DNA from: Firmicutes bacterium CAG:460
Lineage (GTDB): Bacteria > Bacillota_I > Bacilli_A > RF39 > UBA660
DNA length: 64,000 bases
Direction of reading: 5' to 3'
NCBI GenBank assembly: GCA_000437355.1
Contig: FR899774.1
Location: forward strand, 114,595-178,594
The translations under genes and the position numbers were made by a program. The notes under the pieces were generated by a model. The model did not search any database and had not been told where the DNA came from. It saw only the letters and a list, made by a program, of their open reading frames with translations. Below, piece by piece: positions 47,030 through 56,846 of this stretch (its first letter is position 1; every line of letters starts with the position of its first letter).

Positions 47030-47119
47030 CTTCTTTTTTAGTACTATAAATTTTGGGGTTGACATATAATGTATATGTGGTATAATTAAATCCGTCGCTT
47101 AAAAAGGAGTGAAGAAATT

Positions 47120-47602
47120 ATGTTATATAGTATACAATATGTTTATGGTAAAGATAAAAAAGAAAAGAGTGTTTTAGAAGGAGCAAAAGTTATTAGTTTT
47201 GATGGGCAAAAAGCTTATGTTCAAGAAATTTATGTTGGATTAGAATTTACATTAGAAGATATTTTAGAAAATAAAATTAATAGAAATGCTATTGGAGTTA
47301 AAAACTTAGATGTATTTAAAAGTAAATATGAAAAACTTGGAGCAACTGGAGTTATTTATTTTCCTGAAATTGATAAATATGAATTCTTAGAAGCTGGGGA
47401 CATCGTTATTCCTTGGGTTAGTCATGAAAATGTAGAAAAATCTTTAGAAGAAGCTCTAAAACCATATAGAAAATTAGCGACTGATAAGGTTGTAAAACAA
47501 AGAGTGGCAGCTAAAAAAGCTTATGTTGAAAGTTTAGACCCAGAAGATGCCTTAGTTGAATTAAGTGGTTTATCTTTACAAAGACATGTATCAAGTAGAT
47601 AG
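47120..47602 (+). CDS. Hypothetical protein (160 aa)
   Basis: Own promoter: TTGACA (47059-47064), 16-nt spacer, TATAAT (47081-47086). GGAG SD. Terminator AGTAGAT/ATCTACT plus T-run. No motif recognised. Confidence 0.6.
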   Translation: MLYSIQYVYGKDKKEKSVLEGAKVISFDGQKAYVQEIYVGLEFTLEDILENKINRNAIGVKNLDVFKSKYEKLGATGVIYFPEIDKYEFLEAGDIVIPWVSHENVEKSLEEALKPYRKLATDKVVKQRVAAKKAYVESLDPEDALVELSGLSLQRHVSSR

Positions 47603-47645
47603 AATATTTTATCTACTTTTTTCATACAATTAATTGGTGATATAT

Positions 47646-47924
47646 ATGGGTGAAGTAAGTTTTGGAACACAAGAAGTTAAAATGGTTGATAGAAGTAATA
47701 TTAGTATAACTGGTGTTAATAAGATTGTTAGTTTTGATGATGAAGAGTTTTTGATGGAAACAGTAATGGGTAATTTAAGAATATTAGGTAATGGTCTTGA
47801 GTTGTTGAAATTAGATACTGGTGATGGTAATGTAAAGATAAAAGGAAAGATTAATTCATTTATGTATATTGATGGTAAAACTAAAAATAAAGAAGAAAGT
47901 ATTATAACTAAATTATTTAAATGA
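47646..47924 (+). CDS. yabP: Sporulation protein YabP
   Basis: ISITGVNKIVSFDDEEFLMETVMGNLRILGNGLELLKLD pattern. ATGA overlap with yabQ. Confidence 0.85.
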   Translation: MGEVSFGTQEVKMVDRSNISITGVNKIVSFDDEEFLMETVMGNLRILGNGLELLKLDTGDGNVKIKGKINSFMYIDGKTKNKEESIITKLFK

Positions 47925-48232
47925 ATAGTTATGTTCAAGTAATATCTTTCTTAGTATCTTTTATATATGGAATAGTGTTTTACTTGTTTGCAAGATTTAA
48001 TAAAGTTATGTTAAGTAATAAAGATAATGTTATTAAGTTTTTAATAACATTAGTGTTTGTGTTAGATATGGTTATTTTATATATTTATATGATGTATAAA
48101 ATTAATTTTGGTATGATACATCCTTATTTTGTTATTGTAGTTTTAATTGGTTATATTGTTATGATGTTGTTATATGATAAGTGTGTTGTTTTTATTAAAA
48201 ATGTTTTTTATAAGGTAAAGAGACCTCGATAG
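47921..48232 (+). CDS. yabQ: Spore cortex biosynthesis membrane protein YabQ
   Basis: Three-TM small protein directly after yabP. Terminator AGACCT-cgat-AGGTCT plus T-run at 48221-48242. Confidence 0.65.
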   Translation: MNSYVQVISFLVSFIYGIVFYLFARFNKVMLSNKDNVIKFLITLVFVLDMVILYIYMMYKINFGMIHPYFVIVVLIGYIVMMLLYDKCVVFIKNVFYKVKRPR

Positions 48233-48338
48233 GTCTTTTTTGTAAAATAAATGTAAAGAATTATAAAATAATTAATTAAGTATTTACAAGTAAGAAATAA
48301 TTAACTATAATGCAGATAAGAATGGGGAGGATGTCGGA

Positions 48339-48623
48339 TTGAAAAAGACAAGAAAAGAAAAAAAACGGCTTTTTGTTATTTCTGCCGTTATAATTCTTCT
48401 TATTGTTTCATTAGTTAGTTCTGTTGCTGGAGATTGGACTAAGATAATGGAAAATAAAAGTAAAATACAAAAGTTAAATAAAAAATATAATGAATTATTA
48501 AGTGAAGAAGAAAAATTACAAAGTGAAGTAACTAAATTACAAGATGATGATTATATACTTAGGTATGCAAAAGAAAAGTTTTTGTATTCTGAAAATGGAG
48601 AATTAATTATTAGAATGAACTAA
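48339..48623 (+). CDS. divIC: Septum formation initiator DivIC/FtsB family
   Basis: Basic N-terminus, one TM, coiled coil ([29 protein letters not shown]), [12 protein letters not shown] motif. TTG start with GGGGAGG SD. Confidence 0.8.
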   Translation: MKKTRKEKKRLFVISAVIILLIVSLVSSVAGDWTKIMENKSKIQKLNKKYNELLSEEEKLQSEVTKLQDDDYILRYAKEKFLYSENGELIIRMN

Positions 48624-49198
48624 AATTCATTCTTTTTTATGATATCATCAATAAGCCCATATTCTTTGGCTTCTTTAGCACTTAGGAAATTATCACGTTC
48701 AGTATCTTCATAGATTTTTTCTAATGGTTGATTGGTATTATCAGCTAAAATTCTATTTAATTTTTCTTTTAATTTAATGATACGTTCTGCAGCGATTTTA
48801 ATGTCTGTTGCTTGGCCTTGAGCTCCACCGAGAGGTTGATGTATCATAACTTCAGCATTTGGGAGGGCATATCTTTCATCACCACTGGAAAGAAGAAATG
48901 CTGCCATACTTGCACACATACCAACTCCGATAGTTATAACTTTACTTTCAATAAATTTCATTGTATCATAAATTCCCATTCCGGATGTGATAGCTCCTCC
49001 GGGAGAATTAATATAAATATAAATGTTTTCATGATTTATGTTATCTAAATAAAGTAGTTCACTGATAATGATATTAGACATTGTATCATCAATTTCACCA
49101 GTTAAGAAAATAATTCTGTCTTGTAAAAGTCTAGAATATAAATCATATGCATATTCTTTATTGTTAGTCTTTGTAATTACTGTTGGAATAATATTCAA
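48620..49198 (-). CDS. clpP: ATP-dependent Clp protease proteolytic subunit
   Basis: Catalytic Ser ([11 protein letters not shown]), His (MIHQPLGG), Asp region. TTG start with AGGTGA SD. Confidence 0.96.
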   Translation of the reverse strand: MNIIPTVITKTNNKEYAYDLYSRLLQDRIIFLTGEIDDTMSNIIISELLYLDNINHENIYIYINSPGGAITSGMGIYDTMKFIESKVITIGVGMCASMAAFLLSSGDERYALPNAEVMIHQPLGGAQGQATDIKIAAERIIKLKEKLNRILADNTNQPLEKIYEDTERDNFLSAKEAKEYGLIDDIIKKNEF

Positions 49199-49294
49199 AA
49201 TTGATCACCTAAGTAAATAATAGTAAATATTGTGGATTTTTATTCACAAATTTAAAAAAAATTGATATAATTATAAAGAATAGAGGTTGGTTAG

Positions 49295-50941
49295 ATGGAT
49301 ATAGTTAAAGTAACATTTAATGATAATACTGTTCACGAGTACAAAAAAGGTACTTTGTTTTATGATGCAAGTAAAGATTTTGATATGGAAAACATTGTAG
49401 GTTATAAAATTAATAATGAGGTATTTTCTTTAGATAATAAGCTTCTAGAAGATGTTAAAGTTGATTTTATAAATACTAATGATTTAATAGGTAATAGAAT
49501 TTATAAAGCGGGATTAAAGTTTTTGTTTTTAGTTTCTTTACAAGAAGTTTTTAATGATTTTGATGTTGTTTATGAACATAGTGTTCCAAGGGGAATGCTG
49601 GGAGTTTTAAAAGGACCAAGGGTTTTAAGTCATGAAGATATATCAAAAATTAAAGCTAGAATGTGTAAATTAATTAGTGATAATGAAATAATTACGAAAT
49701 TAAATGTATCTGCTAAAGATGCAATAAAGTATTTTAATGATAAAAAAGAGTATGAAAAAGCTAATAATATCCAAAATATAAGTGATAAGGTAGTTAATTT
49801 ATATAAGTTAAAAAATAATTTAAATTATTTTTATTCATTAATGCCTTATAGTACAGGAGCTTTAGAAAAGTTTGAATTAGTTTATTTAGGAAATAATAGA
49901 ATAATATTGTTATTTCCAACAACTAGAAGTAATGGTATGGTTCCTGAATATGTTCACTATGATAAAATAATTGAAAGTTTTATGGATGGTAAAAGTTGGT
50001 TAAGCAACTTAAATATGCCATATATTACTGATTTAAATAAAGATGTAGGTAATGGTAAAATTATTAATTTTATTAAATCTTGTGAATTAATGTTTAATTT
50101 AAATATAGCTGATTGTGCTAGAATTATTGAAGATAGAAAAGATATTAAATTTATTTTAATAGCAGGTCCATCTTCAAGTGGAAAAACTACCACTACAAGT
50201 AGACTGGCATCTTATTTTGAGGCTCTGGGTTATAATCCAATTAAAATAAGTTTAGATGATTATTTTGTTAATAGAGAGGATACTCCGAAAGATGAATTTG
50301 GAGATTATGATTTTGAATGTTTAGAAGCTTTAGATGTTAAGTTATTTAATGAAAATTTAAATAAGTTATTAAAAGGTGAAAGTGTTAAATTTCCTAAATA
50401 TAATTTTATGACTGGATTAAGAGAATATTATAAAGAAGAAGTAAAGATGACTGATAAAAGTATTTTCTTAATTGAAGGTTTACATGCATTAAATGAAAAT
50501 TTAACAAAAGAAATTGAAGAAAAATATAAGTTTAAAATTTATTTAAGTCCTTTTATTCCTTTAAGTATAGATAAATATAATTATGTATCAACAATTGATT
50601 TAAGGTTACTTAGAAGAATAGTTAGGGATAATAGAACGAGAGGCTATGATGTAATTAAGACAATAGATAATTGGCAGAGTGTTAGAAATGGAGAAGAAAA
50701 ATATATTTTTCCATATATACACCAGGCAAATGTTATTATTAATACAGCATTAGCTTATGAAGTTGGGGTTTTGAAGGTTTATGTTGAGCCATTGCTTTTA
50801 TCGGTAAGTGTTGATAGCATTTATTATGAAGAAGCAAGAAGATTAGTGGATTTTTTAAAACAATTTTTCCCAATACCGGGAGAATATGTTAATGATGAAT
50901 CAATATTGCGAGAATTTATAGGAGGAAGATATAATGATTAA
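49295..50941 (+). CDS. Uridine-kinase-family nucleoside kinase with ThrRS/TGS-like N-terminal region
   Basis: P-loop AGPSSSGKTTTT in the C-terminal half. N-terminal TGS-like beta-grasp (DIVKVTFNDNTVHEYKKGT). Confidence 0.65.
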   Translation: MDIVKVTFNDNTVHEYKKGTLFYDASKDFDMENIVGYKINNEVFSLDNKLLEDVKVDFINTNDLIGNRIYKAGLKFLFLVSLQEVFNDFDVVYEHSVPRGMLGVLKGPRVLSHEDISKIKARMCKLISDNEIITKLNVSAKDAIKYFNDKKEYEKANNIQNISDKVVNLYKLKNNLNYFYSLMPYSTGALEKFELVYLGNNRIILLFPTTRSNGMVPEYVHYDKIIESFMDGKSWLSNLNMPYITDLNKDVGNGKIINFIKSCELMFNLNIADCARIIEDRKDIKFILIAGPSSSGKTTTTSRLASYFEALGYNPIKISLDDYFVNREDTPKDEFGDYDFECLEALDVKLFNENLNKLLKGESVKFPKYNFMTGLREYYKEEVKMTDKSIFLIEGLHALNENLTKEIEEKYKFKIYLSPFIPLSIDKYNYVSTIDLRLLRRIVRDNRTRGYDVIKTIDNWQSVRNGEEKYIFPYIHQANVIINTALAYEVGVLKVYVEPLLLSVSVDSIYYEEARRLVDFLKQFFPIPGEYVNDESILREFIGGRYND

Positions 50942-51935
50942 AGTAGCAATTAATGGTTTTGGCAGAATAGGTAGATTAGCATTTAGACAAATAGTTACAC
51001 AAACTGATTTTGATATTGTGGCTATTAATGACTTGACAAGTGCAGAGGATTTAGCTTATTTAGTTAAATATGATACTGTTCATGGAAGCTTTCATGAAGA
51101 TGAAATTAGAGCTGAAGGTAATGAAATAGTTGTGGCTGGTGTTAAGAGAATTAAAGTATTTAGTGAAACTGACCCAGCAAATTTACCTTGGGGAGAACTT
51201 GGAATTGATTTAGTTCTTGAATGTACTGGTAAATTTACTGCTAAGGAAGATGCAATGAAACATATTTCTGCAGGAGCTAAAAAAGTACTTATTAGTGCAC
51301 CAGGAAAAGGTGAAATGAAAACTGTTGTATATGGTGTTAATGATAATGTTTTAACAAATGAAGATGTTATTGTTAGTGCTGCAAGTTGTACAACAAATTG
51401 TTTAGCACCAGTTCTTAATATAATACATAAGAATATTGGTATTAAAAAAGGTTTTATGACAACTGTTCATGCTTATACAAATGACCAAGCAACTTTGGAT
51501 ATTGCTCATAAAAAAGGTATTAAATCTAGACGTGGTAGAGCTTGCGCTCAAAATATTGTTCCATCTAGTACTGGAGCTGCTAAAGCTATTGGCTTGGTTA
51601 TTCCTGAACTTTTAGGAAAACTTGATGGTAATGCCTTAAGAGTTCCAACTGCAGATGGTTCTGTTGTGGATTTAACACTAGAATTATCTAGAAATACAAG
51701 TGTTGAAGAAATAAATAAATTATTTCAAGATAATCAAAATGAAACAATTAAGTTTACTATGGACCCAATTGTTTCAAGTGATTGTTTAGGTAAAAAAGTT
51801 GGTGCTATAGTTGATGGTCTTTCAACAAGTATTGTTGAAGCTGAAGGTTCTCAACTTGTTAAAGTACTTGCTTGGTATGATAATGAATATGGTTATACTG
51901 CACAAATGCTTAGAACTGCTAAGAAAATGTTTTAA
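50934..51935 (+). CDS. gap: Type I glyceraldehyde-3-phosphate dehydrogenase
   Basis: INGFGRIGR, active site SCTTNCLAP, WYDNEYGY. Confidence 0.97.
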   Translation: MIKVAINGFGRIGRLAFRQIVTQTDFDIVAINDLTSAEDLAYLVKYDTVHGSFHEDEIRAEGNEIVVAGVKRIKVFSETDPANLPWGELGIDLVLECTGKFTAKEDAMKHISAGAKKVLISAPGKGEMKTVVYGVNDNVLTNEDVIVSAASCTTNCLAPVLNIIHKNIGIKKGFMTTVHAYTNDQATLDIAHKKGIKSRRGRACAQNIVPSSTGAAKAIGLVIPELLGKLDGNALRVPTADGSVVDLTLELSRNTSVEEINKLFQDNQNETIKFTMDPIVSSDCLGKKVGAIVDGLSTSIVEAEGSQLVKVLAWYDNEYGYTAQMLRTAKKMF

Positions 51936-52124
51936 TAAAAAGCTTAACTCTCAATAAATTTCGAGAGTTTTTTTGTTTTTTTAAAATGGTATATCGCAAA
52001 TTTAATGTTTTAAAATTATTTAGTTTAGATTTGATTACATGTTAGATAATCTATATTTGTTTCGTAATAAGCTGTTAAATCTGATAAATAGTTAATTGGT
52101 TTTAATCTTGATATATTGATAGAG

Positions 52125-53744
52125 TTATTTCTTTCTTTTAAACTTATTTATTAATCTGTTGCCAACTAGTTCATTTAGTAAATCTTTATTCATTATGTAA
52201 TAAAGAATTAAAGAGGCAAGCCCAATACCCGCTAGGGCAAGTAACATCGGTAATTTTCTAGTTATGTGATTAAATACTAATGGCTTCAATATTAAGCATA
52301 TTATTACTAAGATAACAATAGTTACTACTAGTTTTGGTATTGATTTAACTGTTTCTTTGTAACTAAAGTTATATTTGTGATGTAATGTGTAAAGTGGTAT
52401 AGCAAGTGATAGTAAATAACCAATTGTAGTTGCAAGAATTGCACCATAGAATGGGTATATACCTAGTTTATTAAATAAGAATATTAATGGTATATCTAAT
52501 ATTGTTTTAGTAATTAAACCTGTTGCACAAGATATGTAAATTAACTTTGTTTTAGATAGCCCTTGAAGAGCACTACATATCATTATGTAAGCAGAATCTA
52601 ATATGGCAAGTAAGATTGTATATTTAAATATTAAAGGTCCATAGAAGCTTTCTCCATAAAATATTGTCCATACTTGTTTTGAAAAAATACTTAAGAATAT
52701 TGATAATGGTAATATAACATAAAGTAGTACTTGTAATGTTTTATTAAATTGTAAATTAACTTCTTTCATATCTTTTTTAGTGTATGATTCCACGATTGTA
52801 GGGATTAAACTTATTACTAAACCTGTTGCGATTGCTGTAACTACACTCACTAATTTGCTTCCCCAGGTGGTAAATACTGATGAAATTGTTTCAATATCCC
52901 CGGCAGGATAACCAATCCAATTTAATCCTTTGATAACTAATATCATATCAACAGTGTTATAAATACTATTAGCAACATTTATAATTATAAATGGAATACA
53001 ATAACCAATTAATTTTTTTAAGATTGTTTTCTTTTCAGTTGCAGATACTTCTTCGTAAGGTACAAATAATTCTTTTTTTACTTTATTTGTTTTAATAAGA
53101 AGGTATAAATATGATACTAAAGCTCCTGCACAAGCTCCGAATACAGCGATTCCAACAGCCTCTGCAGTTGTTAAGTGGAATACTTTAAGTGCTAAGTAGG
53201 AACCAACAATTATAACTAGAACTCTGACAAATTGTTCAATTACTTGACCAATTGATGGAGCACTAATATAATGATGTCCTTGTAAATAACCTCTGAAAAT
53301 ACTTAAAAGAGGTACAACTAATATGGCAAATGATACACATCTAATTACAAAAGCAACATCTGATACAGTGTTTCCACCAGTTAAATCTCCAACAATAGCA
53401 TTAGCTATTAAATTTGCTCCGAAAAAACATATGCAAAATGATACAATAGAAAATATTCTAATAATTTTTTTTGAATATTTAAACATGTATGTTTTTTCTT
53501 TTAATTTACCTAATGTGTTGTACTCACTAGTTATTTTACTTATAGCTAAAGGTATACCTGCAGACGATATAATTAGAAAGAAATTATATATGTTGTAGGC
53601 ATAACCATATAAAGAACCACCATTTTCACCGATTATATTATAAAAAGGAATTACATAAAGTACTCCGAGTATTTTAGATATAATTATAGCAATTGTTGCT
53701 ATTAAAGCACCTTCGATAAATTCGTTTTTTTTCAAAAATACCAT
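52125..53744 (-). CDS. MOP-superfamily polysaccharide/lipid II flippase (SpoVB/MurJ-like)
   Basis: About 14 predicted TM helices, with an N-terminus like SpoVB/YabM. TTG at 53735 has better SD spacing than ATG at 53744. Confidence 0.7.
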   Translation of the reverse strand: MVFLKKNEFIEGALIATIAIIISKILGVLYVIPFYNIIGENGGSLYGYAYNIYNFFLIISSAGIPLAISKITSEYNTLGKLKEKTYMFKYSKKIIRIFSIVSFCICFFGANLIANAIVGDLTGGNTVSDVAFVIRCVSFAILVVPLLSIFRGYLQGHHYISAPSIGQVIEQFVRVLVIIVGSYLALKVFHLTTAEAVGIAVFGACAGALVSYLYLLIKTNKVKKELFVPYEEVSATEKKTILKKLIGYCIPFIIINVANSIYNTVDMILVIKGLNWIGYPAGDIETISSVFTTWGSKLVSVVTAIATGLVISLIPTIVESYTKKDMKEVNLQFNKTLQVLLYVILPLSIFLSIFSKQVWTIFYGESFYGPLIFKYTILLAILDSAYIMICSALQGLSKTKLIYISCATGLITKTILDIPLIFLFNKLGIYPFYGAILATTIGYLLSLAIPLYTLHHKYNFSYKETVKSIPKLVVTIVILVIICLILKPLVFNHITRKLPMLLALAGIGLASLILYYIMNKDLLNELVGNRLINKFKRKK

Positions 53745-53878
53745 CTCCGTATGTAATTATTATAATAAAATATTATAATGTTTACAAGTAAAGTTAAGTT
53801 AAATATATGTAAATTACATAAATTTGGCATTTATAAAATATAGAATTAATGATATAATTATGGTGGAGGATTTGCCAA

Positions 53879-54580
53879 ATGAAGTTTATAGAATTAAAAA
53901 ATGTTAATAAAACTTATAAAAATGGTATTACTGCTGTTGCTGATATGTCAGTAGAAGTTAGTAAGGGTGAGTTTGTTTTTGTTATTGGTCTTACTGCAAG
54001 TGGTAAATCAACATTTATTAAAATGCTTTATAGAGAAGAAAAACCTACGAAGGGAACAGTTTTTGTAGGTGGTTTAAATGTGGGAAAACTTAGAAATAGA
54101 AAAGTATATAAATTAAGAAGAAAAGAAGGAATTGTTTTCCAAGATTTTAAGCTGTTGCCTAGACTTACGGTTTATGAAAATGTAGCTTTTGCTTTAGAAT
54201 GTATTGGTATGAAAGGTTCTGAAATTAGACCTAAAGTTATGAGTGCTTTGGAAAGAGTAGGCTTAAAAGAAAAGGTTAGATCGTTTCCGGGAGAACTTTC
54301 TGGTGGAGAACAACAAAGAGTTTGTATAGCTAGAGCTATTGTTAATGAACCAAAGCTTTTAATATGTGATGAACCAACTGGTAATTTGGACCCTAAAACT
54401 AGTGAAGAAATTATGAATGTAATTGAAAAAATTAATAAAGAATTGGGTACTACAATTATTATGGCAACTCATGATAAAGATATAGTAAATAGAATGAAAA
54501 AAAGAGTTCTAGTTATTAATCATGGAGTACTTGTTGGTGATTATGCGAAAGGAAGTTATAAGACAAATGAGAGCGTTTAG
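53879..54580 (+). CDS. ftsE: Cell division ATP-binding protein FtsE
   Basis: Walker A GLTASGKST, signature LSGGEQQR, Walker B LLICDEPT. Followed by ftsX. Confidence 0.93.
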   Translation: MKFIELKNVNKTYKNGITAVADMSVEVSKGEFVFVIGLTASGKSTFIKMLYREEKPTKGTVFVGGLNVGKLRNRKVYKLRRKEGIVFQDFKLLPRLTVYENVAFALECIGMKGSEIRPKVMSALERVGLKEKVRSFPGELSGGEQQRVCIARAIVNEPKLLICDEPTGNLDPKTSEEIMNVIEKINKELGTTIIMATHDKDIVNRMKKRVLVINHGVLVGDYAKGSYKTNESV

Positions 54581-55460
54581 AATATTTTTTAGAAGTATAA
54601 GAGATGCGCTTAAGAGTGTTGTTAGAAACTTTTCTTTGAGCTTTGCATCAATTATGTGTACAACAATTACTTTAATTCTTGTAGCAGTTGCTGTAGTTGC
54701 TGCAGCTAATGTTAATAACGCTACAAGGTTAATTGAAGATGAATTAACAATTGTTACTTATTTAAAAAAAGATGTAACTGAAGAACAAATTGAAAATATT
54801 AAAAGTGAAATATCAAGTTATAAAAATATAGAAGAAGTAACATTTAAAAGTAAAGATGAATGGAAATTAGAAATGAGTGAATATGATGACTCATTTAAAA
54901 CTGTATTAAATTATTTAGATGAAAATCCATTAATGGACTCATTTGTGTTAAAAGTAAATGATGTAAAAAAATTAAGTGAAACAAGTGAATATATTAAAGC
55001 AATAAATGGTGTAGATACTGTTAAATATGGTGAAGGTATGGTTGAACAAGTAATATCTGTATTTGATATAGTACAAAAAATAGTAGTAGTTGTTGTAATT
55101 GCTTTAATAGTTGTAACAAGTTTTTTAATAAGTAATACAATTAAACTAACTATATTTAGTAGAAGAAATGAAATTGAAATTATGAGATTAGTTGGGGCAA
55201 GCAATATTACAATTAAATTACCTTTCTTATTTGAAGGGTTCATAATTGGTTTAATTGGTTCAATTATTCCAGTATGTATTACTATTTATGGATATGTAAT
55301 TCTTTATTCAAGATTGCATGGTAAATTATTTTCAAATATGATTATGTTAATTAAGCCATATCCATTTGTATTTTGGGTATCTTTAATAGTTATAGCAATT
55401 GGAGCTTTAGTAGGTATGTATGGTAGTATTAAAGCTGTAAGAAAGTATTTGAAGGTGTAA
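54567..55460 (+). CDS. ftsX: Cell division permease FtsX
   Basis: ATG at 54567 overlaps the ftsE stop. One TM, an extracellular domain, then three TM helices; EIEIMRLVGAS motif. Confidence 0.9.
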   Translation: MRAFRIFFRSIRDALKSVVRNFSLSFASIMCTTITLILVAVAVVAAANVNNATRLIEDELTIVTYLKKDVTEEQIENIKSEISSYKNIEEVTFKSKDEWKLEMSEYDDSFKTVLNYLDENPLMDSFVLKVNDVKKLSETSEYIKAINGVDTVKYGEGMVEQVISVFDIVQKIVVVVVIALIVVTSFLISNTIKLTIFSRRNEIEIMRLVGASNITIKLPFLFEGFIIGLIGSIIPVCITIYGYVILYSRLHGKLFSNMIMLIKPYPFVFWVSLIVIAIGALVGMYGSIKAVRKYLKV

Positions 55461-55462
55461 CT

Positions 55463-56716
55463 ATGGGTATAAAGAAACTAAGTAGTTATTTTGTAAGATA
55501 TATTTTAGTAATATTTATATTTGTTTCATGTTTTATATTTAAACCATCTGATGCTTATGCTAAGTCTGCAAATACTTTGGCGGGTCTTAGGGCTGATTTA
55601 AAGGATTTGGAAGCTCAAAAAAGAGCTAATGATAGTAAAAAGAATTTAACACAAAGTCAAATTAATAGTAAAAAAAATGAGATAAATAATGCCAATCAAG
55701 AGATAACAAATAGTAAAGAAAAGATAGAAAATGCAAAAGTGTTAATTGAAGAAACTGATAAAAAAATAACTGAGTTAGAAGAAAAAAATAAAGAATTAAT
55801 TACTTATTATCAAGTTATGTTAAGTAATAATGTTTATATGGAATTTATTACTGAGTCATCAAACATGACAGAATTAATAATGAGAAGTGATGCAATTAGA
55901 GAATTAACAAATTATCAACAAGAAAAATTAAAAGAATTAGAAGATTTAATAAAAGAAAATAAACAACTACAAGTTGATATGAAAAAGTATCAAGTAACTT
56001 TAGAAAAAAATATTATTGCTTATCAAGATGCTGTTTATTCTTTACAAGATAACTTAGCAGATTTAAATGATATTGCTTTAGATATTAATTCTCAGATTAG
56101 TTCACAAAAAGAATTAATTAAAGTTTATGAACAAATGGGGTGTAAAGAAGACCAAGATTTAGATGAATGTTCTAGAGTAGTGGGAAATGCTATGTGGTTA
56201 AAGCCTTTAATTAAGGGGAGAGTAAATAGTAATTTTGGAGTTAGAAATAATCCGTTAAAACCTGGTACTTATAAGGTTCATCAAGCTGTAGATATCGGTG
56301 GTAATGGTGAGGGAACTAAAGTTTATGCAGTTGGTTCTGGTTCTGTTGCAATGGTTATTAATGCTGAAAATACTTATAATACAAAGAAAACAAAAACTTG
56401 TGGGGGTAATCAAGTATATATTTGGATGCAAGTTGCTGGTAAATATTATACTGTTCAATATGCTCACTTGTTAAAAGTTTATGTTAAAGCCGGAGATGTT
56501 GTAACTAAGGATACTGTTATTGGTCTTCAAGGTGGTGGTGCAGGTACTAGAAAATGGGAAAGTTGTTCAACTGGTACACACTTACATTTTGGTATTGCTA
56601 AAGGTAAAATTGCTAATAATAAATATTTTATTGGTAATTGGATGGCAAATGCTATCAAACCCGAAGGTTACCCATCAGCAGGTGGTTGGTTCTATTCAAG
56701 AACTCAATGGTTTTAA
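55463..56716 (+). CDS. Coiled-coil M23 peptidase (EnvC/PcsB-like FtsEX partner)
   Basis: Signal peptide, ~200-aa coiled coil, M23 motifs HQAVDIGG and HLHFG. Directly downstream of ftsEX. Confidence 0.88.
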   Translation: MGIKKLSSYFVRYILVIFIFVSCFIFKPSDAYAKSANTLAGLRADLKDLEAQKRANDSKKNLTQSQINSKKNEINNANQEITNSKEKIENAKVLIEETDKKITELEEKNKELITYYQVMLSNNVYMEFITESSNMTELIMRSDAIRELTNYQQEKLKELEDLIKENKQLQVDMKKYQVTLEKNIIAYQDAVYSLQDNLADLNDIALDINSQISSQKELIKVYEQMGCKEDQDLDECSRVVGNAMWLKPLIKGRVNSNFGVRNNPLKPGTYKVHQAVDIGGNGEGTKVYAVGSGSVAMVINAENTYNTKKTKTCGGNQVYIWMQVAGKYYTVQYAHLLKVYVKAGDVVTKDTVIGLQGGGAGTRKWESCSTGTHLHFGIAKGKIANNKYFIGNWMANAIKPEGYPSAGGWFYSRTQWF

Positions 56717-56846
56717 AAATACTGTATAAAAAAAGCACTATTTACACAAAATGTGCGAATATAGTGTTTTTTTCTTTTTTCTTTTGTGGTAAAATGGATA
56801 TGTAAAATAAAATATCCGTGCGTGATATTGTGATGAGGTGAACAAA

